From an uncultured Planctomycetaceae bacterium (GTDB lineage Bacteria > Planctomycetota > Phycisphaerae > SM23-33), in the NCBI GenBank assembly GCA_964646065.1, contig CAZYDC010000001.1, forward strand, positions 1 through 28,098: a DNA stretch of 28,098 nucleotides, read 5' to 3'. Positions 1 through 6,768 of this stretch are shown in pieces (position 1 is the first letter of the stretch; every line of letters starts with the position of its first letter). The notes under the pieces are model-generated. The model made no database searches, was not told where the DNA came from, and worked only from the letters and a program-made list of their open reading frames with translations. Position numbers and translations under genes: made by a program.

Positions 1-2010
1 GGCGGCCAGGTGGTCGGGATAGCCGCCGCCGTCCCAACGTTCGTGATGGTTTCGGACGGCGGGCAACTCCCGTTCGAGGAACCGCATCGAGTCCAGGATT
101 CGCACCGCGATCAGCGGGTGCTCTTCCATCACGTGGCGTTCGGCGGACGTGAGCTTGCCGGGCTTGAGCAGGATGGAGTCCGGGATGCCGAGTTTGCCGA
201 TGTCGTGAACCATGGCCGCGACCCGCACGGTCTCGATTTCCAAATCCGACAGCCCCATGACCCTGGCGGTGGCGACGGCGTACCGCAGCACGTTGTCGGA
301 GTGGCTCTTGGTGTAGGCGTCGCGGGCCTCCAGGGCCTCGACCAGCCCGCGCACGCTCTGGAGGAAGAACTCCCTGGACTTGGCCGACAAGACGGCCACC
401 TGATCGTGCAGGGCCTGGAGTTGCGGGGTCTGGGCCTTCGATGGCCCCTGGATACCGCTGGCGGTGACGTTCTCCCACGTCTCGATGCGGTCTCGCCCGA
501 GCTTCTTGGCCCGGTACAAGGCCATGTCGGCCCGTCGGACCAGTTCGTTGGACGTCATGTCGGGCGAGGGGATGAACTCGGCGACGCCGCAACTGAACGA
601 GATCGGGAAGTCCTTGGCCGCGGTCACCGCTTTGACCTTGGTCCGCAGGCGTTCCATGGCACGGACGGCGCCGGCGCAGGTCATCTCGGGCAGCAGCAGG
701 ACAAACTCGTCGCCGCCGTACCGGACCAGGATGTCGGTGGCGCGTTTTTCGGTTTGGAGACAGTGGCTTACCTGGGCCAGCACGCGGTCGCCCACCTGGT
801 GCCCCAGCGTGTCGTTGATCGACTTGAACCGGTCGATGTCCAGCATGGCCACGCAGTAGGTCCGGTGGTAGCGGATGGCGCGGGCAGACTCGGACTCCAG
901 GGCGGTCTCCAGGACTTTCCGCGTGCCCGCACCGGTCAGGGTGTCGGTCAGGAGCAGCGACTTGGTGTCCTGCCAAAGGCGGGCGTGGCTGAGGTTATAG
1001 CTGAGCACTTCACGGGCCAGAGTCGCCTTGTAGTTCAGCACATCGGCGCCGAGGTCTTTGTGGGCAAAGTCGCACAGGCAGAGGTAATTGTTCGATCCGG
1101 CGCGTTTCTTGCCCTCGGAGAACATGGTTACGTTCAGGGGAATGAGGATCCTGGACTGCCCGGCCTTGCACCGCCGGCAGGCGGGGGGGGTCTTGGTCAG
1201 GGACGCCGATCCCAACCGGGCCGCTCGTCGAACATCCCGGCGGGTGTTGACCTCGGCCTCGGGGCACAGGCAGTGATGCCCCTTGATGAGGGTCGTCACG
1301 CCGGCCGCGGACTTTTCACGGTTCCGGGGATGGATATCGGCCCGCGCGTGGGATAAGGCCTCCGAGCCCGTTCCCTCACGACCTTGGATCGCGGTGGAGA
1401 AGAAGGCCAGCGCGCGGGAGGCGGAAAAGATTCGAGGCACCTCACGCAGGATCATGGCTACCACGTCGTCGAAGTCGAGGTTCCTCAGCGAGGTGGAGAG
1501 CATGGCGATCTGCTCGGCGGCCCTCTGTTTGGCCTGGCTGGTTTGCACTTGGTGAGCGATGACATCGCGGCTGGAAATCATGCCCACCGCCCGTCCGGCC
1601 GCGGTGACCGGCAGGTGTCGGATATGGTGGTGGTTCATCAACTCCTCCACCCGCTCCATGGGCGTCCCGACCCGGACGGATATAACATCCGAACTCATGG
1701 CCTGTTGCACCGTTGCCCGGGCTGGGTCCAGTCCCACAGCCAGCACGCGGCTGGCGATGTCGCGTTCGGTGAACACGCCGGCAAGGGCGCCCTTGTCGTC
1801 TGTGACCACCAGGCAGCCTATCTTGGCCGAGGCCAGCGTCTTAGCGGCCTCAACAATGGTGGTGTCGCTTCTAACCGTGATAATGCCCCGGCCAGCTTTG
1901 GACGCTTTCAATGGCTTGTTGCCGACATGCCCGCCGGGCTTTGGGTGTGGAGCGCCGTTGCTTGCGTCCAACCAGTCATTGGCAGGCAACTTGTCTTTAA
2001 TCATGGGCAT
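1..2010 (-). CDS. CBS-pair / Cys-rich GAF-like / GGDEF / HD-GYP protein (diguanylate cyclase-phosphodiesterase); C-terminus runs off the window
   Basis: Translated by hand from ATG at 2010 (alternative 2004), open through position 1, so absent from the ORF track. Tandem CBS motifs (IGCLVVTDDKGALAGVFTERDI; HIRHLPV...VGMISSRDVI), GGDEF with I-site (KRATDILVRYGGDEF, GGDEF at 703-717), HD-GYP motifs (MVHDIGKLGIP; HHERWDGGGYP). Confidence 0.93.
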   Translation of the reverse strand, partial: MPMIKDKLPANDWLDASNGAPHPKPGGHVGNKPLKASKAGRGIITVRSDTTIVEAAKTLASAKIGCLVVTDDKGALAGVFTERDIASRVLAVGLDPARATVQQAMSSDVISVRVGTPMERVEELMNHHHIRHLPVTAAGRAVGMISSRDVIAHQVQTSQAKQRAAEQIAMLSTSLRNLDFDDVVAMILREVPRIFSASRALAFFSTAIQGREGTGSEALSHARADIHPRNREKSAAGVTTLIKGHHCLCPEAEVNTRRDVRRAARLGSASLTKTPPACRRCKAGQSRILIPLNVTMFSEGKKRAGSNNYLCLCDFAHKDLGADVLNYKATLAREVLSYNLSHARLWQDTKSLLLTDTLTGAGTRKVLETALESESARAIRYHRTYCVAMLDIDRFKSINDTLGHQVGDRVLAQVSHCLQTEKRATDILVRYGGDEFVLLLPEMTCAGAVRAMERLRTKVKAVTAAKDFPISFSCGVAEFIPSPDMTSNELVRRADMALYRAKKLGRDRIETWENVTASGIQGPSKAQTPQLQALHDQVAVLSAKSREFFLQSVRGLVEALEARDAYTKSHSDNVLRYAVATARVMGLSDLEIETVRVAAMVHDIGKLGIPDSILLKPGKLTSAERHVMEEHPLIAVRILDSMRFLERELPAVRNHHERWDGGGYPDHLAA

Positions 2011-2265
2011 TTCCAGACTACGGTTCCTGAATGCAACGCTTCAATCTGACGGAACTATCGTCATAAAGGGCGACGGGCTTTAGCATTGTATTACGGGGCG
2101 TGTTGTCTGCGAGAGCGACAGGATGGCTATTGGAACTCCATGACCGCTTGGCCTTCAGTGGAAGTTCAAGGCAGAATCTTCGACTAGCCAAGCGCTAGCC
2201 TGTCGTCCCGAGCGTTATGCACCTCGGACGGACTACCGACGGCGTTGTGAAGAACGGAGAATGTC

Positions 2266-2752
2266 GTGAGCCGAATGGTGACGATGTTGGTGGGGGGGGA
2301 TGATGTTCACGCACGTGAATTCGCGGACCTTTACGCAGGATCGAGACGAAGGCAAGCGATCGCGGGGCGATTTAGGCCTCGGCGCCGACAGGCCCAGGCC
2401 ATTGGACAGACTGCTTACGGAACTCAATCTGACCGAGGACCAGCGGAAGCAGGTCGGGCAGATCGTAGATACACACCGTCAGGCCACGGAGAACCGGCGG
2501 AAAGAGAACCAGGCCACGCTCAGGGACCTCAACAAGCAACTGGATGACGCCACGGAATCCGGCGACAAGGACAAGATCAAGGCGGCCGGCCAAGCCGTCG
2601 AGAAGATCGATCCGTCGCGAAAGGCCGAGCAGGAAAACGTGATCAAGCAACTCAAGGACGTGCTCACGCCCGACCAGTCGGAGAAGGCCAAGAAGTTCAT
2701 GGAAGAACGCGAGCGCCTTGGTGATCGGGGGCCGGGCGAAGCAGGATTGTGA
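2266..2752 (+). CDS. Spy/CpxP-family (LTxxQ) helical periplasmic protein, apparently frameshifted at the G8 tract (2292-2299); intact downstream frame 2300-2752
   Basis: Two LTxxQ motifs (LNLTEDQRKQ, VLTPDQSEK). SD GGAGA at 2256-2260 precedes GTG 2266. Removing one G joins MSRMVTMLVGG to MMFTHVNS..., giving a signal-peptide-like N-terminus. Confidence 0.72.
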
Positions 2753-2762
2753 AGATTGCCGG

Positions 2763-2798
2763 CGGTGGTCGTCGGCGAGAGGTCATATGGGAAATGTC
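2763..2798 (+). promoter_or_regulatory. Conserved 36-bp leader motif, copy A
   Basis: CGGTGGTCGTCGGCGAGAGGTCATATGGGAAATGTC; 31/36 identical to 12773-12808 and 32/36 to the minus-strand copy at 18325-18359. Confidence 0.7.
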
Positions 2799-2856
2799 GG
2801 GTCTTATGATTTGGGTGCGGCGAATTATTTGATATCGCAAGAGCGGACAGCGGACT

Positions 2857-2885
2857 TTGACAAGGAAGGCTATTGGGGATATTAT
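2857..2885 (+). promoter_or_regulatory. Near-consensus sigma70-type promoter for the hydrolase gene
   Basis: TTGACA (2857-2862), 17-nt spacer, TATTAT (2880-2885), about 70 nt upstream of ATG 2958. Confidence 0.65.
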
Positions 2886-2957
2886 GGATTGCCGCAATTT
2901 CCCGGCCTGGGTTGCGTTTGACGTTCAGAAGCAAGAGGAACTTGGGAGACTTCCGCC

Positions 2958-4745
2958 ATGTTTATCGCACAAAGCAAACGTTGGTTGATCCATGCAGTAT
3001 GCCTGGCGGGGATGCTGGCATCCGTCGGGCGCGTCTGCGCCGAGGAGGGCCCGGCATCGGCTGCTTCCGCAAGCACGCCGTCAACGGCGCCGGCCTCCGC
3101 CCCTGACGAGCGAGTCAAGCCGGGCGCAACGTTCTTCCTGGAATTTCCCAATTTGCCCAAGACCCGCCACGGCAAACTCACCACGATGCAGGTCTGCATT
3201 CCCAGGCAGTACGACCCGCGCAAGCTGTATCCACTTTATGCGTTCATGGGAGGGTCGGACGGCACATCCACCGTTGAGACCGACCTGGTGAACGACGACC
3301 GGTACGTCCGGATTGCGCTGCCGTTTCCCAAGGGCTCGAACAGTCCATATTGGGAAGGCATGATAGGCAAGTTCCCAATGGTCTGGCAATATCACAAGGC
3401 CATGTTGGACGAACTGTTCAAGGTGGTTCCGAACATCAGCCCGAGCCTGCGAATCATCGCCGGTTTCAGCAACGGCGGACACACCCTGGCCGGCTTGATG
3501 CAGTTGCCCAAGAGCGACTTCCTGGATTACTTCAACGTGTACATTCCCGTTGAAGGGGGCGGCATCGGCCCCTGGTGGTGGAGCGGCGCCAAGGGTTCCG
3601 GCTTGGACGTTCGTTTGAGAGGCCGCTACGCCTGCCTGCTCTGGGGCGAAAAGAGCATCGGCAAGGGCCAGGTCAAGCCGATGTCCGAGAAATTGGAAAG
3701 ATTCGGCGTGAAGGTGACCACCTTCGCGATGGAAGACACGGGGCACGACTTCCCGGCGGCGTATCAGGACAAGGTTCGCGATTGGATCAAGGGGCAGGCT
3801 GTTCCGGGGATGATCGCCGAGGCGATGGCGGTGGTGGAAAAGGCCCAGGGCGGCCCGGCCGCCGGAAAGGCCTACGGCCTTGCCAAGAGCCTGGAGCTCG
3901 CCGCCCAAAACGACAAGGACGCCGAGCGGATCCGAAAGCAGTTGGCCCGTCTGGAGGAGATCGCCGACAAGCGGTACGCGGACCTCAAGGCAACGGTCAA
4001 CGAAACTGGCGCGGTCTCAAAGACGCCCGCCAGCGTTCTGTCCAATCTGAAGTCGCTTATGAAGGAGTTCAACGGTTGCAAGGCATCGGACCAGTGCCGT
4101 GAGCTTTTGGGGCGGCTTGGCGGGCCTGAACTGGACAAGATCAAAGCCGGCTTGGCGAGAGAGATGACGGCCGATCAGCGTCTCGCGCTGGCGGCCAAAC
4201 TCAGACAGTTTGCCAAGGACTGGGAAGGCACCGCGCCCGCGGACCAATGCAACCAGGTCCTTCAGGGTGTCTCGGAGCAGGCGTTTGAAGGCCTCAAGGC
4301 CGACATTCCGGACAGCGCCGACGAGGCCGCTCGCCAAAAAGCCGTGCCGGAACTAAGGAAGTTCCTGGGCTCCTGGGAAGGAACGTCCGGCGCGACCAAA
4401 GCCAAGGCGATCCTGGACTCCATTGCCGCCAAAGCGCTTGATAAGATTAAGTCCGCCTCCAGCGGCAAGCTCACCGCGCCGCAGCGCGATGCTCTGGCCG
4501 CAAAGATCATCAAGTTTCAGGCCGAGTGGAAGGACACCCAGGCCGCCGGCGACGCGCAGGCGCTGCTGGACGACTTTTCGCAGCAGGAGCTCGACGAGTT
4601 CAAGGGAACGTGGCCCGCTTCGCCGACCCAGGCCCAAAAACAGGCGATCGTCGCCCAGCTCAAGAAACTTCAGGCTAAGTGGCAAGGCAGCTCAGCGGCG
4701 GACCTGTGCGACGATGAGATCAGGAAATTGGGCAATCCCAGGTAA
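2958..4745 (+). CDS. Secreted alpha/beta-hydrolase (esterase-like) with C-terminal 51-aa helical repeats
   Basis: Signal peptide (..GRVCA/EEG), nucleophile elbow GFSNGG (3462-3479), candidate catalytic His in DTGHDFP (3744), SD GGGAGA upstream. Confidence 0.8.
   Translation: MFIAQSKRWLIHAVCLAGMLASVGRVCAEEGPASAASASTPSTAPASAPDERVKPGATFFLEFPNLPKTRHGKLTTMQVCIPRQYDPRKLYPLYAFMGGSDGTSTVETDLVNDDRYVRIALPFPKGSNSPYWEGMIGKFPMVWQYHKAMLDELFKVVPNISPSLRIIAGFSNGGHTLAGLMQLPKSDFLDYFNVYIPVEGGGIGPWWWSGAKGSGLDVRLRGRYACLLWGEKSIGKGQVKPMSEKLERFGVKVTTFAMEDTGHDFPAAYQDKVRDWIKGQAVPGMIAEAMAVVEKAQGGPAAGKAYGLAKSLELAAQNDKDAERIRKQLARLEEIADKRYADLKATVNETGAVSKTPASVLSNLKSLMKEFNGCKASDQCRELLGRLGGPELDKIKAGLAREMTADQRLALAAKLRQFAKDWEGTAPADQCNQVLQGVSEQAFEGLKADIPDSADEAARQKAVPELRKFLGSWEGTSGATKAKAILDSIAAKALDKIKSASSGKLTAPQRDALAAKIIKFQAEWKDTQAAGDAQALLDDFSQQELDEFKGTWPASPTQAQKQAIVAQLKKLQAKWQGSSAADLCDDEIRKLGNPR
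4080..4742 (+). repeat. Four complete 51-aa (153-bp) degenerate helical repeats plus a partial fifth
   Basis: Units start KASDQC, APADQC, SGATKA, QAAGDA, SAADLC, and each complete unit ends W-x-[GD]-[TS]; the period is exactly 51 residues. Confidence 0.85.
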
Positions 4746-4852
4746 ATGACTCGGCGGCGGGCCGACGCGCTCGCCCGGCAAGGTCCAGTTCAACTGACAA
4801 GGTGGATATCGCCGTGAAATCGGATATCCTTCAATCCCGTGAAAGGACCACC

Positions 4853-5941
4853 ATGACAAATCAGCCGATGTCCCGTTCTCGGATCAAGCAGATCGTGGAC
4901 CGATATCAGGACCTTCGGGCCAGTCGCCAGGGACGCGCGACGGAGTTCCTTCAGGGGCGGCGGTCGCACCTGATTTTTCAGACACCCGGCGGCGACGTCT
5001 GGGGCGACGCCCGCACGCCCGAGGACTCCTTCGAGCGGAATCTGCGGTACATCGCCGACTCGCTGGAGGTCCCCAGCGACCATCTGCCCGTGCTGGAGCC
5101 ATGGTTCGGCACCGGGGTATACGCGAGCATCTTCGGCTGCCCGTACATGTGGCGGCAGGGCGCGGCGCCGGCGGTACATTATCGCTACCACGAGTTGGCC
5201 GAGGTCCGAGGTTTGGCCAGCCCGCGATGGCAGGACAGCGAAATCGCCCAACTGGTCCTGCGGACGATCGACTATTTCAAGTCGCGCACCGGCGACGCCC
5301 TGCCGATTGTCTGGACCGACACTCAATCGGCCCACGACACCGCCACGCTCGTGCTGGACGCCTCGGAGGTGTTCCTCAACTGCCTGATCGAGCCTGAGGC
5401 GACGATGGAGTTCCTGCGGACCGTCAACGACGTGATTATCGAGTTCAGCCGCGTGCAGGCGGAGCGGATCGGCCCGGCCCTTTTGTGCCCGGGGCACATC
5501 ATGCTCTCGGCCGGCGGCTTTGGCGGCATGAGCATCTCCGACGACAACCTGGCTGTCGGCTCGCCGGACGTGAACGCGCGATTCAACCTGCCGATGGACG
5601 AGGATCTCGGCCGGGCGATGGGTGGCGTGGCGATCCACTCTTGCGGCAAGTGGGACCACACCATGCCGATGCTTCACAAGCTTGTGCCTTCGCTGACGGC
5701 CGTGGACCTGGCCCTGGATAAGACCTGGGACCCCAACCCCAATGTGCCGGAGCTCGTTCGCGATGCCTTGGCCGGTACGGGCATCCACGTCCACGCACGG
5801 GTGACAGGCCAGACCGAAGAGATGATTGAGATTGTCAAACGGGTCATGTGCCCCAACCTCAAGCTGGTTGTGCATCCGATGTTCATCGACCTGCCAACAG
5901 CCGAACGGAATTACGAAGCGTTGGAACGTCTGCTGGCATGA
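4853..5941 (+). CDS. Uroporphyrinogen-decarboxylase-like (URO-D/MtaA-CmuA superfamily) TIM-barrel protein
   Basis: SD AAAGGA before ATG 4853; motifs TDTQSAHDTA, ISDDNLAVGSP and IHSCG (5636-5647), typical of URO-D-like families; no signal peptide. Confidence 0.7.
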   Translation: MTNQPMSRSRIKQIVDRYQDLRASRQGRATEFLQGRRSHLIFQTPGGDVWGDARTPEDSFERNLRYIADSLEVPSDHLPVLEPWFGTGVYASIFGCPYMWRQGAAPAVHYRYHELAEVRGLASPRWQDSEIAQLVLRTIDYFKSRTGDALPIVWTDTQSAHDTATLVLDASEVFLNCLIEPEATMEFLRTVNDVIIEFSRVQAERIGPALLCPGHIMLSAGGFGGMSISDDNLAVGSPDVNARFNLPMDEDLGRAMGGVAIHSCGKWDHTMPMLHKLVPSLTAVDLALDKTWDPNPNVPELVRDALAGTGIHVHARVTGQTEEMIEIVKRVMCPNLKLVVHPMFIDLPTAERNYEALERLLA

Positions 5942-6133
5942 GCGTTCACTGCCAATGAGGCTAATGGCTGCGTTCGCCGCAGTTCTATCCCGATTGCCGC
6001 CTGTACGGATCTGCGCGGGATGCGGCCCGAAGAGCCCGTCCCTGCTACCGCGCCCAGCCACCACAGAGGATCCTAGCCCGCAAATTACCGGTTTTCGGGG
6101 GAAACACAATAGTTTGTCTCAAAAACCGTTAAG

Positions 6134-6260
6134 ATTCCCCGGAAAACTGTGGATATTTTCCTTGATCGTCTCTCCGGGCAAGGGCAACATGACCGTTGGT
6201 TTCAGGTCGCGTAGCCTGATAAAGGGCCAGGTCGGGCAAGGACTCGTTCCATCCGGCCCC
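6134..6260 (+). ncRNA. Unassigned promoter plus structured 5' leader element, copy 1 (upstream of HU)
   Basis: Aligns end to end with 26059-26186. Contains TTGATC-17-CAACAT, hairpin TCAGG/CCTGA (6202-6219), and stem GGGCC/GGCCC (6224-6259) enclosing the invariant CAGGTCGGGCAAGGACTCGTTCC. Confidence 0.6.
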
Positions 6261-6304
6261 GCTAGGTGCGAACGTTTTTGGACCATTTTAGAAGGAGCGC
6301 AAGA

Positions 6305-6613
6305 ATGGCAAAGGCACTGACGAAGTCGGAAATCGTTGCAAAATTGGCCGAGTGTGGCGAACTTCAGAAGAAACAGGTCGCGTGCGTGCTGGAAGGCCTT
6401 GGCTGCCTGATCAAGGCGGCCTTGGGCAAGAAAGGTCCGGGCTTGTTCGTGGTGCCCGGCCTGATGAAGATCACCGTCGTTCAGAAGCCGGCGGTTCCCG
6501 CCCACAAGGGAATCAACCCCTTCACGAAGGAACAGCAGATGTTCAAGGCGAAACCCGCCCGAAAAGTCGTCAAGGTCCGCCCGCTGAAGGCCCTCAAGGA
6601 CATGGCGAAGTAA
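6305..6613 (+). CDS. hup: HU-family histone-like DNA-binding protein
   Basis: SD GAAGGAG; MAKALTKSEIVAKLAE...FVVPGLMKITVVQKPAVPAHKGINPFTKE...KVVKVRPLKALKD matches the HU/IHF fold pattern. Confidence 0.92.
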   Translation: MAKALTKSEIVAKLAECGELQKKQVACVLEGLGCLIKAALGKKGPGLFVVPGLMKITVVQKPAVPAHKGINPFTKEQQMFKAKPARKVVKVRPLKALKDMAK

Positions 6614-6641
6614 CCTTCACCCCCGTTGACACCGCATAAGC

Positions 6642-6673
6642 GAAACCGCCCCGAAAAGGGCGGTTTCTTTATT
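6642..6673 (+). terminator. Rho-independent terminator after HU
   Basis: Perfect 10-bp stem GAAACCGCCC/GGGCGGTTTC, loop CGAAAA, followed by TTTATT; lies between convergent genes. Confidence 0.8.
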
Positions 6674-6768
6674 GCACTTCTCATCCTGGCGTTCCGGTAG
6701 AGGCCCAAGGCCCGCCTCCAACGGGTTGTCAGCCGCCCAGAGGCTGCGGATGGAATTTCTCAAACAGG

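Noticed and set aside
10-1356. 448-aa plus-strand ORF
   Set aside because: Antisense shadow of the GGDEF/HD-GYP gene, which carries clear motifs on the minus strand.
2450-2460. CAGGTCGGGCA match to the core of the duplicated leader element
   Set aside because: Only 11 nt, inside the Spy-like coding sequence (QVGQ), with no flanking stems.
4801-4830. GTGGATAT upstream of the URO-D-like gene, shared with the 127-bp element
   Set aside because: Eight-base match with no further alignment.
6202-6250. Leader element as hammerhead ribozyme, SRP RNA, cobalamin or c-di-GMP riboswitch
   Set aside because: CTGATAA lacks the hammerhead G8 and there is no GAAA core; AGGTCGGGCAAGGA does not form the SRP UCC-GNRA-GGA helix; the cobalamin AGGGAA and CCCGCAACTG boxes and the c-di-GMP-I GACGCAAAG joint are absent.
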